Source: Mobula hypostoma
Lineage: Eukaryota
Assembly (NCBI RefSeq): GCF_963921235.1
Contig: NC_086097.1
Location: forward strand, 90,212,001 to 90,276,000
Reading direction: 5' to 3'
DNA: 64,000 nt
Under the pieces are notes generated by a model, which made no database searches, was not told the origin of the DNA, and worked only from the letters and a program-made list of their open reading frames with translations. This document shows, piece by piece, positions 24,960 through 38,621 of this stretch. Each line of letters starts with the position of its first letter. The stretch's first letter is position 1. The translations under genes were made by a program, and so were the position numbers.

Positions 24960-27252
24960 TTGATGGATGTAAGATGGCACCGATAAGGGGCGACTCGTTA
25001 TGTGCAACTCTGTGGGAATCATCAAATATTCCCATTCAGGGCTTCTATGGCTGAAATCTGCAGTCACAGCCATGGGCAATCAATATGCAACATAGTCTTA
25101 AGTAGTTTAAAAAAATTTATTGATACTCCAAATTGATGGATCCTGGACTGCAGAATTTTGTTTCCCTTTAAGAAAAAGAAAGCATGGAAAGTGTACTAGG
25201 CTACAAGTACGACTGAAATGCAGAGGCTTGAGACCCCCCCCCCCCGCCACTCCAGACTATCCACAGCTGAAAGTACAGTCTCTGGAAAATACAACTGAAG
25301 ACCTCAGAGCAAGATTGTAGTACTAGAGGGACATCAGGGACTGTTGTGTACTTTGCTTCATGGAATCATGGCTATCCACCACCATTTCAGACGCAGCACT
25401 GCAGCTTGATGGCTTCACATTCTCTGTAGGGACAGGATAGCTCAGTCTTTTAAAGGCAGAGGTGAAGTATGCTTTATAATTAACTCATCATTGTGCACAG
25501 ACGTGGCAGTTCTGTCTCCGTCCTGCTAACCTGACCTGGAATATCTGGTGGTCAAATGTCATTCTTCTTATTTGTCAAGGGAGATTTCCACCATCGTCCT
25601 GGTGGTGGTGTATATTCCACCTCAGGCCAGCATCAGGCAGTCACTGCAGGAGCTAAGTTTTGTAATCAGCAGTCACAAAACAGCTCACCTGGATGCCTTC
25701 CCTATCACTGTGGGGGATTTCAACGAGATCAGCTTGAAGAAGTCTCTGAACAACTACCACCTGTGCAACTAGAGGAGCCAACACACTTAACAATGTTGAA
25801 CTACCACCAAGAACGGTTACCGTGCCAGCCTCCACCCGCACTCTGGAAAATCCTCACCTGGCTGTACTTCTACTCCCAGCGTATAGGCGGAGACTAAAGA
25901 CCACAGCACCAGTGGCGAGGACCAAGAAGGCATGGTCAAGGCAGGCCAAGAAACCCTCACAGGATTGCTTCGAGTTGGTGGACTGGACAATATTCAGGAA
26001 TTCATTTTTGGGTGTGAATGAATATGTCATGGTTGTCACCAATTTCATCAAAACCGGTGTGGATGAGTGTGTGCCTTCAATAATATACCAGACATATCCA
26101 AATCAAAAGCCATGGATGAACCAGGAAATTCGTAGTCTGCTGAGGGCTAGGTCTATGGCATTCAAGACCAGTGATCCAGAACTATACAAGAAGTCCAGGT
26201 AGACCTACAGAAGGCTATCTTATGAGCAATAAAACTATTCTGATTGAGATGGAATTGGATCCACATCAACTCTGACAGGTTTTTCAGGTCATTACTTCCA
26301 ACAAGGCTAAACCTAATATCATAAAAGGCTGTGATGCTTCACTCACAGATGTGCTCAATGCCTTTTATACAAGCATTGAAGGGAAGAATAATAGTACATC
26401 TGTGTCAATCCCTGCAGCATCTGATGACCCTGTGATCTCTGTCTTAGAGGCCAAGGTCAGAACATCTTTCAAGAGGGTGAACCCTTGCAAGGCATCAGGC
26501 CCTGATGATTCACCTTGCACTCAACGTCACTAAGACCAAGGAATTGATTGTAGGCTTCAGGAAGGGTAAGTTGAGGAACACAACCAGCCCTCATTGAGGG
26601 CTCAGAAGTGGAAAAGAGGAGTAGCTTCAAGTTCCTGGGTGTCAATATCTCTGTGGATGTATCCTGGGCAGAACATATTGACACAATTACAAAGGCACAA
26701 CAGCAGCTATATTTCATTAGGAGTTTGAGGAGAATTGGTATGTCACCAAAGACACACACAAATTTCTACAGATATGTCTTGGAGAGAATTCTGACAGGTT
26801 GCTAGTATGGAGCGACCAATGTACAGATAGTAAAAAGTTGCAGGAAGTTGTAAACTCAGCCAGCTCCATCATGGGCATTGTCCTCCCCAGCATGTAGGGC
26901 ACCTTCAAAATGCAATACTTCAAAACGGTGACATTAATCATTAAGGATCACCCAGGAAGGCCCTCTTCTCATTGCTACCATTAAAGAGGAGGTACAGGAG
27001 ACTGAAAACACACAATCAATGTTTCAGTAACAGCTTCTTCCTCTCCACTATCAGATTTCTGAATGGACAATGAACCCACAGACACTTCCTCAGTACCTTT
27101 CCCCCCTCTTTTAGCAATACTTATTCATTTGTATAAATTAAATATTTGTTGTAATCTATAATTTTTATTACAGTATTACAATGTACTGCTGTCACAAAAA
27201 AACAAATTTCACAACATATGATGATGATATGAAGCCTGATTCTGATTCTGAA
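24960..27252 (+). mobile_element. Rex1/Babar-like LINE with AP-endonuclease region and an internal RT deletion
   Basis: IVLVVVYIPPQ...ITVGDFNE (endonuclease), YPNQKPWMN, and KASGPD joined almost directly to the LNV-KTKE region. Tail CTGATTCTGATTCTGA. Confidence 0.8.
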
Positions 27253-27470
27253 TGAATATTGGCCATGGTTCTGTGGAAAAACTGTCTGTTCTTATTTGAA
27301 AAAGGACCAGGGAATCCTTTACATCCATCTAAGTTGACAGACAGCTTAAAGCTTATTATAAAACATAGAGTCGATAGGTAACAGCTCAGCTAATTTCAAG
27401 CAATCTCTAAATTGGGCACTTGAAACCCAATGTTTTGATCCAGAGCAAAGATTACTCTCTTTGTCATGGC
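27253..27470 (-). mobile_element. Possible ancient Deu-domain SINE remnant
   Basis: AATATTGGCCATG...CTGTTCTTATTTGAAAAAGGACCAGGGAATCCTTTACATCCATCTAAG resembles the DeuSINE core as I recall it. Highly diverged. Confidence 0.35.
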
Positions 27471-27700
27471 TGATCATGTAGAAGTAGAGCATAACAAGAC
27501 CAGACTAGGTAAGGTGGTTGGTTATCTGTTCATCCCTTTTAAACAATGCTAACATTATATATCTTTCAATGAAAACAGAAAATGTTGTAATATTCAGCAA
27601 ATCCCTCCAAAGAGCAAAGGGGAGAACTTCAAGGCTGATATTCCTGAAAGAAAAATTGCAGTGAATTCAAAAGCAAATGGAAATCAACAAGCTGACAAGC

Positions 27701-28127
27701 CTGGAAATCTGAAATGTAAACAGAAAATGCCATTATCACTCAGCAGATCAGCCAGCATCTGTGGTAAGAGAAACAGTTACTTCAATACTTCAAGTTTGGA
27801 AGCCTTCATAAAATTGGGGGAAAAAAGAGAAGACAAGTTAGTTTATGCAGCAGAGAAAGTGGGGAGGGTGAACATGTCAAATGCAGAAACCCCGGCAGGG
27901 AGCAGCTAACTTCTTTGCATTTCTCAAAGAAGAGCAGCGGGGAATTCAACAGTAAATGTAAATAACAAAATGGGAATATGAAATAAAAACTGAAAATACT
28001 CTCCAGTAGAATTCCACCAGTCTTTTTACTCTGTTCCTCCACTGCCTTTTCTGATTTTTTTCTCTTTCCACAGATGCTGTTGGATCTGTTGAGTGCACCA
28101 TTTGCTGTTTTTATTTCTGATTTCCAG
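27701..28127. repeat. Inverted pair of PLE-tail-like sequences
   Basis: 27701-27773 (CTGGAAATCTGAAATG...CAGCATCTGTGGTAAGAGAAA) is the approximate reverse complement of 28059-28127. Confidence 0.6.
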
Positions 28128-28954
28128 CAACTTCAGGTTTTTAAAAAATTTCATTATCTGTCTTTTGCTTCCTTCTTTATTCCAAAAGTCGATGATGCTC
28201 AATGGGATCTCCTTCCTTTGGTAACTTGGCAGGTATTTTTTGAAGGTTAAAGTGCTTGTCTGTTTTGCACTGAACAATTGAATTTGTTCTAGCTCTTATC
28301 CCCAAGAAAATCTATATGGGCTGTCAGAAAATCAGCAGAAACATATAAAGAGATCCAACTTGAGCACATGAATTAAGGTATGGAAGGCTACCAACTAAGA
28401 GCTGTTAAATGGGATTAGTATGGGACTTGATGGTTGATATGGACATGGTGATGCTGTTCCTGTGATATGTAACAGTAGAACAGAGAGCAGGAGTGAAAGA
28501 GTTAAAAATAATAATGCTGGACCATAACAATAGCGGCCAGTCGTACAAATTATCTCAAATTAATAGTGCAAGTATCTCTAACAGCAGCTGTGTACTGGCT
28601 CTGTGAGAGAGAGCAGATTTGGCCCAATGAGCTCTCGAGGTCTAAGCCTGCTGAACGGCAGTAACTTAAACGGTGCTATCAAGTTGCATAAATTCTCTGA
28701 CCAGACACAGAAGTCATTTTCCACCTCACTTCCATTTTCCACTGGAGTTGTTGCAGGTGGCGATCATGTCCTGTGAAAGTATACTCAGGTTAATGCTGCT
28801 CCCTACTGGACCCCTCATGCAAGGATACAATCAGTTTTTAAAGCAAATGCAGAAACTGCTATTTAGTACTAGTTTATACTGCCCTCTGCTGAAGAGTTTA
28901 GAAAAATTCTGCTTGTCAATAAAGATGAGAGTTCACAAACAAAGAGGTAACCCA

Positions 28955-29925
28955 CTGTGATAGGCTGAACCAAAGGTGATGACGAATCAGCATATTGGAG
29001 GGAAATTGAAACTCTGGGTGAATGGTGCCACAACAACAACTTACTCAATGTCAGTAAGACCAAGGAACTGACTATTGACTTCAGGAGGAAGAAACCTGAG
29101 GTCCATGAGCAAGTCCTCATTGGAGGATCAGATGTGGAGAGGGTCATAAACTTTAATTTCTGAGGACCTGCCCTGGGCCCAGCACATAGGTACAATTATG
29201 AAGAAAGCACGGAAGTGCCTCTACTTCCTTAGGATTTGTAAAGATTCAGCATGACATCTAAAACTTTGACAAGTGTCTATAGATGGGTAGTGAGAAGAAT
29301 ATATTGACTGGCTACATCATAACCTAGTATGGAAACACCAATGCCATTGAACAGAAAATCCTACAAAATGTATTGGAAACAGCTCAATCCATCATGGTAA
29401 CGTCCTCCCCACCAATGAGCACATCTACATGAAACGCTGTCACAGGAAAGCAGCATCCGTTCTCAGGGACCCCCACAGGCCCCACCATCATGGACATGCT
29501 CCCTTCTTCCTGCTGCCATCAGGAAAGAGGTACAGGAGCCTCAGGAACAGTAATTACCCCTCAACCATCTGATTCCTGAACCAAACTTCACTTGCCTCAT
29601 CATTGAAATGTTCCCACTACCTATGGACTCACTTTCAAAAGTTGTTCATCTCATGTTCATATTTATTATTATTATTTCCTTCTGTATTATTTCCTTTTGT
29701 TTTTTCGCAGTTTGTTGTCTTTTGTATACTGGCTGAATGCCCAGTTTTTGCAATCTTTCATGGACTCTCTTACAGTTATTATTCTATCAAGTATATAAAG
29801 TGACACTAAAGTATAAAGTATTATGGATTTAATGAGTATGTCTATAAGAAAATGAATCTCAGCATTGTATATGGTGACATACATTATGTGTACTTTGCTA
29901 ATAAATTTATTTTGAACTTTGAACA
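28955..29925 (+). mobile_element. Rex1/Babar-like LINE 3' fragment
   Basis: GGTGATGACGAATCAGCATA...CTCAATGTCAGTAAGACCAAGGAACTG (LNVSKTKEL), tail AATAAATTTATTTTGAACTTTGAA. Confidence 0.75.
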
Positions 29926-30469
29926 TTGGACTACTGATGGAATTTGAATAACACAGGCAAATTGTAGACTGTTTAAAACTAGCAACTAAATTAAAAATTT
30001 CAAAACGCAATGGAAACTCCAAATCCAAAAGTCTACAACTTGTATCACACGCAGTACAAAGCCTGGTGCTCCAGATTCCAGCAATTTCAGTCTCGTGTCT
30101 GCAAAATCTCTTTCATCCAGTTAGCCATCCATCTTTTCCACACATACTCTATTATGACTTCAATATTTGCATGGTCCTTGGAAAAGTCTTTCACACCACA
30201 CACTACCCTGAAGCTAAATTAACAAACAAAAAAGAAAGTCATGTGACATCTTAATTCCTATTATGGCTTCAGGATCTACCTAAGAGTTTCACAACCAATA
30301 AAGATTTTCAAAGTCCAGTTTTCATTGTAATGCAAGAACTTGAAGCACATGTTCCAAGGTACTTCTGAAAGAAAGCAAGAACTTGCTACATTTTCAAAAA
30401 AAAATTGCACCTTTCAAATATTGTAGAACTACGACTATCAGGCACTGCACACCTAAAAGGGATTAATAC

Positions 30470-30810
30470 TGACGATCAAAATTCAAAAAAAGTTATCAAA
30501 GTACACATACATCACCATATATAGCCCTGAGATTCAATAAAACCATAATAAGATAATAACCATAATAGAATCAATGAATGATTGCACCAACTTTTGGGCA
30601 TTCAACCATTGTGCAAAAGACAACAAACTGTGCAAATACAAAAAGAAATAATAATAATAATAAATAAGTAAGCAATAAATCTCAAAAGCATGAGATGAAG
30701 AGTCCTGGAAAGTGAACCCATAGGTTGTGAGAACATTTCAATGATGGTGCAAGTGAAGTTGAATGAAGTTATCTCCTTTGTTCAAGGGTCTGATGGTTGA
30801 GGGGCAATAA
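30470..30810 (-). mobile_element. Rex1-type LINE 3' UTR fragment
   Basis: Reverse complement of the UTR at 12700-12990 (GTGCAAAAGACAACAAACTGTGCAAA). Confidence 0.6.
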
Positions 30811-31655
30811 CTATAATAATAATGTAATACTATTAATGATATTCAAGAGTTGAGGATCAATATAAAGGCATTGGGGCTGTCATAAGAGGCTGAGCAATAG
30901 GGAGACATGAACTGGGAATGCTAATTGGATAAGAAGGCAAGGGTGATTGCAGGGAGGATGTGGTTGTAGGATGTTGGTAGCTGAGTGTCTTGGAGATTGG
31001 TAAATCAGGATCAGGTAATCTGTGCTGAGAGGTTTTGAGATTACTGGGGTATCTAGAGTATCTTGATCATCAGGAAATAGACTGACAATAAGGATCACGA
31101 CCATTGGTAAATTTAGAGGAGTATGAGGTTCAGTGCTTTAGTCTAAGGAGGTGGCACTTTGCATTGAAGTCTAGAAGGAACTTGTCTTATTGGAGTCCAA
31201 TCTAAGGCTACTTAAAGCATGGCTCCCAGGACAATTACTCTGACCATCTAAAGATACTGCAAAATGAGTTTTGCATAAGCAATGATATCATCCAGTATGC
31301 AATGGACTCAAAATTTGTCAGGGTGATTCCACCAAGAAATGTTCAGTTGAGTTTTCCCACATAATGCACTAGAAATAGTTGTTATTCTGGTTGATTCCAT
31401 GTTAAGACAATTTTCAACAGCATTGTACTGGAGAAAAGTCTTAAACAATTAAATACACAAACCTTTTCAAAAAAAAAGAAACCCTTACATTCTGGTTCCC
31501 AGGGATAGCCATTTCCTCTGCTCCCTTATAAAAGTCATCTCATCCAATGCAGACTGGATTTCTGCAAGTACACAGGTAGCTCCTGGGATTGAAGATTTGT
31601 TGAAACACGGATATTGTTTTTTTTAGCACCACAAGGAAATTAATTAACTGTGTGC

Positions 31656-32516
31656 TGTTACGTACCCCGTAACTGGGTTGCCAAACCAGTAGAAATGGAT
31701 CACTCAGTTGGAGTCTGGAGTACTAGAACTAAGAAAGTTTTATTAAAGAAACAAGCAACACAGTAATCGAAAGGATAATAAATGTAACAGTTCAGTGATG
31801 ATAAACACACATGTGCACAGAAGTAAGATAACAGCATCAATCAAGCTCTATCGTTGTCTAGGGGTAAATGACCAATTTCAAAATGACTCAAAGTTCAGTC
31901 CAGTTAGTAGTTCAGTTCGCAGTAATCGTTGCCATGGCGATGGACAAGGTGGGGGAAGAGAGACAGAGAGAACAGGAACAACTCATCATTCAGCACAGCT
32001 TCACTCACAGATCAGCGAGATTGCTCACAAGCAACTTTTGGGCGGGTCCTTGGTGATGTCACCTGAGGTCACCGACTGTGACCCCTCCTCCAGATGCGGT
32101 CGATCCTCTGCAGTGAACCCGGCACCCAGGCAAGGGCGGACACACACCGGGTTCCCGCTGATCGTACCTTTCCACCCTTGTCGTTGTCTGGCACTTCTCA
32201 CCCACTCGTGAGAGGCGCACCGCTTCCAGGGTCTCGTTACCTCGGGTGGCGTGTGTGTCTGTCTTAGCGAACCTGTCCCTTTTTATCCCCCTGCTGGGGT
32301 ATCGCCTGTCCATCACTTCAAACAGTTCAGGGTTCAAAGGGGGGAGCCGCTCCAGACAGCTCTCTCTCCCACATCCCTTCATTACACATCTCCAGACGCT
32401 GCTCCATTGTTCCTTATCTCTCCTTCCCCTGAGGGCAGGTGGCAGACCAACTGCTGATGCCACTGATGCTAGCCCAGGCCAGCAAACATCTTAATTTTAT
32501 GTGTATTCTCGTAACA
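31656..32516 (-). mobile_element. Solo LTR (861 bp)
   Basis: Termini TGTTACG...CGTAACA, 4-bp TSD GTGC at 31652-31655 and 32517-32520, minus-strand AATAAA near 31740, no internal coding region. Confidence 0.85.
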
Positions 32517-35224
32517 GTGCAAAGCACTTCAATGTTTTATTTTTTAAAAAGTGCTACATAACAGTTGAACATTGATAATGTGGAATGTTGCAAGTCCGAT
32601 TCACGGTTGATGAGCAGTGGGAGAACTGTATTGCCTTGGTTGTAGCAAGGATTGGGCCTCAAACCACAGTGTCTGTTGCCTATTTGCAGCCACCCAAGAG
32701 AGAAGTGTTGGAGCTGACATGCTCCACAGGAGGTAGCGTGGCATGACACCCATGCTGGAGTTGGTGCTGCTCTCCAGTATTCGCTCAGCAGAAAACAAGA
32801 TGTATTGTGTTCAGCTGTAGACTGCTGCAGCATTCATGGACTCAGGAACTTGGACAACATTTTTCTGTGTGACCGTATTTTACTGCTGTCTTATATGCTA
32901 TGTGTGCCTTGTGCTGTGAATGACTGTTGATACTGCGTTTTGTACCTTGGCCCTGGAGAAATGTTATTACATTTAGCTGTATTCATGGGCATTCATGTAT
33001 GGCTGAATGACAATTAAACTTGAACTAGAACTTGATAACTGTTATCTCTTTTTTATGGCAATGGAAAGACAGTGTTTAGCATGAGAACATGATATGTCTC
33101 TCCTCAGTGAAGCCCCTACTGCCTGGAACTTCGTAGCTTTGAGACTGTTCCCCATTGTCAACCAACTCTTCTCTTTATGTTCTTTCCATCATGGCAACAT
33201 CACTTGTCTTATTTGCTTCAGCCCATCTATTTAAACCCTCAAATGTGCATTTGTTGTTCTTCACCCAGCTACTCCTAAGCTGTTGTAGTCAGCCTCCTAC
33301 TTTCTATCATTTTTAACATCCAATGGAAACTTAACTCACACTAATTACCTATAACACTGTGGTGGATAAACCACATTCCCTTCCAGTTCAGTACTCTACT
33401 CGATTAAAAATAACCATGCTTTCTCTCAATTTCCATAAAAAAACCTTGCTCCTTCCCTTCCTTCTTAAACCTCTTCCAAGTATACTAGTCTCCAAGATCC
33501 ATAGTTCTCTACTAATTATTTTCATGTTTTCCATTGATTATGTAATTACTTGCATCTATCCTAAACTCTGGAATTTCCTCTCCAAATCTCTTTGTATTCT
33601 AGTACTTGTTTCTTCCTTTATGTTATATTAGATTATACACCGAGGTGTAATTAAGTTCCTTGTTCCCATGGAGCTCACAGAGTAAACAGTACACAGAGTA
33701 ATCATTAAGACAACCATAAATACAGTGACAAACACAAACAGCAGTACGTAAAGTTTGCAACACAGTCTGAAGTAGTGAAAACGTAATCAAATGACAATAT
33801 CAAATAACTGAAGGAACTAGTGTTAAGATAATGAAAACGTTGCTGCACCACCAGGAAGGGAGAAAAGACATGATTCCCTCAGCAGTGTGATGGCAGTGGG
33901 GAAGAAGTTGTTCTTCTGGGCTTTCAGACTCCTATATCTTCTTCAAAAAGGAAGATGAGAGAAGAGGGAATGCCCAGGGTGACAATCATCCTTGGTAGTA
34001 CTACTAACCTTTCTGAAGCAATGCACCATGAAGGTGGACTGGATGGAAGAAAGTGTCAAACGTGTAACACAATGTTCCCTCCTATTTGTAATGAGTAATG
34101 CGTGCAAAAATCTTGTGCTGTGCAATTTTTTGCCCAGTGACCACAACATGTGTGTACTGAATTTTTAATTGGTAGTAAACCTGAAGCTATTCCAAGGATA
34201 ATAAACTATCGTCCAGTTTGTTGTTCACTGTTTGAAAGAAATAAAATAATACACATCAGTGAGTCTTATTTCTCAAACTATTTATTTCTCATATTCTCAC
34301 AAAACATGCGTAACATGCCTGTAGCAGGTAATGAAGGATTTTCTCACCGGAGCTTTTGCACACCGTCCCTATGCGATTTGCTTGCTAAATGATGCTTTAA
34401 AAAGTCAAATTTCCAAATATCACTCCACTTCTTCCCACTTGCAAAATCTCCAGCAATTTTTGCATCATAACAATACACACAGATAACACCAGTTTCTGTA
34501 TCGTACATAAATTTTTCTCATAGCTACGCATTCCTGACCTCATGAGCTTTCAGCTTAGCAGTTTCTACTGTCTCATTCAGTTATTCCGCTTCAAATGAAC
34601 GAGTTCTTTAGCGCTTCATGCCTTTTGCTTCTTTGGAATTCAGCACAGTGGATCAATAATTTCTCCAATAAAAGTATAAATAAACCATTTCTAAAATCTG
34701 CAGGCAAATCATCGCAAACGCCACATTGTCAACACCATCCGCATCAGAAACCAGAAAAAGGAAATGTGATTGTGTACAATTGTGAAATACACTTAAGAAA
34801 CAATGAGGTGGAGAGTGACAACCTTTTGAGTGCTGCTTCAATTCCTTTGTGTGCTAGTAGCAAAAGATGTGTGCACATGTGCATACACATACACCTTAAA
34901 GGGAGAATTGCTGTGAAGAACTGGCTGTATTTATTAGTCTCTGCAGGTTGAGTGGGTCAAGAGCTGAGCAACTGGCATACCACACTGAGATGCAATCTGT
35001 CAGAATACTTTCCATAGCACATCTGCAGAAGTTCAAGAGAATCTTCATGGACATGCTGAATCTTCTCAGATGCCCAAGAAAGTGATCACCTCATCAGTGT
35101 GAAAGGACCAGGTGAGGTTGTTAGTGATATAGATGCCAAGGAATCTGCAGCTAATGACCATTTTTACCATAGCCTCGTTATGCCCATTATGTTTCAGAAT
35201 TTACTTACCTCTCTAATATAGCTC

Positions 35225-35514
35225 CTTTATTTATTTATGTATTCATTGAGAAGCAACGTGGAATAGGCCCTTCTGGGTCTTCAAAGTACACTGCCCAGCA
35301 ACCCCTGATTTAATACTAGCATAATCACGGGGGCAGTTTACGATGATCAATTAACCTAGCAACCAGTAGGTCTTTGGATTGTGGGAGGAAACTGGAGCAC
35401 CTGGAGGAAACCCACATGGTACAGGGAGAACATATAAATTCCATACAGGCAGCAGCAGAAACTGAACCTGGGCTGCCTGCAGTGTAAAGCATGCTAACCA
35501 CTATGTTACCGTGC
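35225..35514 (-). mobile_element. tRNA-derived V-SINE-like element
   Basis: GTCTTTGGATTGTGGGAGGAAACTGGAGCACCTGGAGGAAACCCAC is the reverse complement of the V-domain core, followed by a tRNA-like head. Confidence 0.65.
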
Positions 35515-36606
35515 TATACGAATGTCTAAATTTAGTTGATTATCTTCCAAAGCCATGGAGACTCCAAAGAAAGATTCTGTTCTTCAGAAAATTTACAATA
35601 TTAGCAGCAGTTTTCAAGTATCTGGTTATCAAGAAATAAAAAAAAACAAGCATAATTTCTTGATAAAACTTAATTTTTTTCCTGCTTCACCAAAATCTTT
35701 CAGTGTAAGATGTTAATGACAAAAAAAATCTCTGGAGGCAAAGTGAAATATTGACCTTCCCTTTTCCTCCACCAACTGAGTTTTTCCAGCAGTTTATTTC
35801 TAGTATCTATGGTCTTTGTGTCTCTAAGTGTAAGCTTTTTGAAACAGCTGTACTATAGGCTAATGTAATTGGTGGAAATGTACACAATTCACAGCCACCA
35901 ACATTGAGTTGGGATTCACTTTGAGAGCCCGGTTGGACATGGAACTTAGAACATAGAACACAGAAAATCTACAGCACAATACAGGCCCTTCTGCCCACAA
36001 TGCTGTGCCAACCATGTAACCTACTCTAGAACTGCCTAGATTTCCCTACCACATAGCCCTCTATTTTTCTAAGCTCCATGTACCTATCTAAGAGTCGCTT
36101 AAAAGACCCTTGTATTTGTCTCTGCCACCTTCGCTGGCAGTACATTCCACACACCCATCACTCTCTGTGTTAAAAACCTACCTCTAACATCCCCTTGTAC
36201 CTACTTCCAAGCACCTTAAAACTATGTCCCCTCGTGTTAGCCATTTCATCCCTGGGAAAAAGCCTCTGGCTATCCACACGATCAACACCTCTCATCATCT
36301 AATATGCCTCTATCAGGTCACCTCTCATCCTCCGTTGCTCCAAGGAGAAAAGGTCAAGTTCACTCAACCTAATCTCATAAGGTATACTCCCCAATCCAGG
36401 CAACATCCTTGTAAATCTCTTCTGCACTCTCTCTATAGCATCCACATCCTTCCTGTAATGAGGTGACCAGAACTGAACACAGTACTCCAAGTGGGGTCTA
36501 ACTAAGGTCTTATATAGCTGTAACATTACCTCACGGCTCTTGAACTCAATCCCACGGTTGATGAAGGCCAACACACCATACGCCTTCTTAACAACACTGT
36601 CAACCT

Positions 36607-37043
36607 GTGCAACACATATAAAAATTGCTGGTGAATGCAGCAGGCCGAGCAGCATCTATAGGAAGAGGTACAGTCGATGTTTCGGGCCGAGACCCTTCAT
36701 CAGGACTAACTGAAAGAAGAGTTAGTAACAGATTTGAAAGTGGGAGGGGGAGGGGGAGATCCAAAATGATAGGAGAAGACAGGAGGGGGAGGGATGAAGC
36801 TAAGAGCTGGAAAGTTGATTGGCAAAAGGGATATGAGAGGATCATGGGACGGGAGGCCTAGGGAGAAAGAAAAGGGGGAGGGGGGAAGCCCAGAGGATAG
36901 GCAAGGGGTATAGTGAGAGGGACAGAGGGAGAAAAAGGAGAGAGAGAAAAAGAATGTGTGTATATAAATAAATAAATAATGGATGGGGTACAAGGGGGAG
37001 GTGGGGCATTAGCGGAAGTTTAGCGGAAGTTTGAGAAGTCAAT
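36607..37043 (-). mobile_element. PLE 3' tail inserted within the CR1
   Basis: Reverse complement of 8170-8590. Confidence 0.85.
36672..36707 (-). ncRNA. Minimal hammerhead ribozyme motif (AUC triplet)
   Basis: Minus strand AGTC-CTGATGA-A-GGGT-CTCG-GCCC-GAAAC-ATC-GACT. Confidence 0.7.
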
Positions 37044-38621
37044 GGGGTCCCAGAACAGATACCTGCAGAACACCACTCGTCACTGTCCTCCACGCAGAAT
37101 ACAAACCATCCACAACCACCCTTTGCCTTCTGTTATCAAGTCAATTCTGGATCCACAAAGCAAGGTCTCCTTGGATCCCATGTTTCATTATTTTCTGAAT
37201 GAGCCTCACATGGGGAACCTTATCAAATGCCTTAATGAAGTCCATATACACTACATCCACCACTCTATCTTCATGTTGACATAATACACGCTTTGTGTTC
37301 AGTGTTTGGAGAATGATAAATGAGTTGTTATGGTTTTTCTTATTTGCAAAAAACTACATGGGTGATCCCGATGTTCTAGGATGATTCCAGGGTTATTTAA
37401 CATGTTGGCCAATACAGTCGCTTTAAAATCGCCAGTGTTTTGGAAGTAAAAATGCCATTGCTTGGTTTGTACAAGCTTAGGCCCAATCCACAGTTCAAGA
37501 AATCACTGCCAACACCACCAAATATTTCTTAGTGCTAACGACACGTAGCAACTCCACGGCTGCAAGAGTGGTGAGTCTGCTTGAACATCCACCTGAACAC
37601 GACAAATACCGATTGCTGAAAACTCACCTCTTACAGACTTTTGGACTATTGGAGCTGAGTGTGCCAAACAGTTGCTCTCCTTGGCAGAGAGAACTCTTTC
37701 AGGAACTCTTCATGCAGCAAATGCCTGATCAAGTTCACATAATCTTCACACCCGTGAAGGACTATAGGGAGCTTGATAGTCTACTCTTAGCCAGGCGGCA
37801 TTGCATTATTCCTCCTCTTTTCCCTAACTCAATAAGTCTGGTCAGGAAGGCCCCCAAAATAAGGACCCCCTCGGCTGCGAAAAACAGATGACACTGGACC
37901 TGTGCTTTTACTATGCCCACTTTGGTAGAAACACCAGGAAGTGCCAACCGTCCTGTAGCTTTGACAGTGCCAGTGTCATCTACTGTTCATTATGGACACC
38001 CTTACAGGGCAACGCTTCCTGTGTAACATGGGTGCTCAAGTAAGTGTACAGTCAGCATTGCCTATTGATGAGAAGGCAAAGAGCAATGAAGCCTCATTGG
38101 AGGCTGCCATCGGCAGCAAGATATAGACTTACAGGACACGATGGGTGATGCTCTGCTTCAGTGGGCAACGTTACATGTGGAATTCGTCCTGACTAAAGTG
38201 GCTAGACCTCTGCTCAGTGCAGATGTCCTGTTTGCCCAGGGACTATAAGACAATCTCAAGAACTGCCAGCTTGTGATTGTCAAGGACTTTGTGCTGTTAC
38301 CCTGCTCACACAGAAAGTTCCCCACAACAACTCTGTCAAGTGAATGCATCGCCGCATTAGAGTTCACTTGGTGAATTCCCAAACCTCACCAAGCCCACAC
38401 TCTCCATCAAAGGTAGCTGCTGTTATGGATTTCCCATTACCCCCGCACTACTGAGAAACTAGAGGAGTTTTTAGGTATGGTGAATTTCTATCACTGCTTC
38501 ATTCCACAAGCTGCTGAACTTATGCCTCACCTCCCCCTCCCCCGTATAGTTCACTTAAGGTCAATACTCCTAATCAAGTGCTTGACTGGTCAGTGGACAT
38601 AACCAGGGCATTTGATGATAC

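Larger units (their letters stand above)
35945..37275 (-). mobile_element. CR1 LINE fragment inserted in the 5' LTR of element D
   Basis: ORF 36299-36655 (LYKTLVRPHLEYCVQFWSP) and an AGAACATAGAAC tail. LTR sequence resumes at ~37276. Confidence 0.85.

Noticed and set aside
31795..32494. ORFs of 60-138 aa as a gene
   Set aside because: They lie inside a solo LTR and have no recognisable domain.
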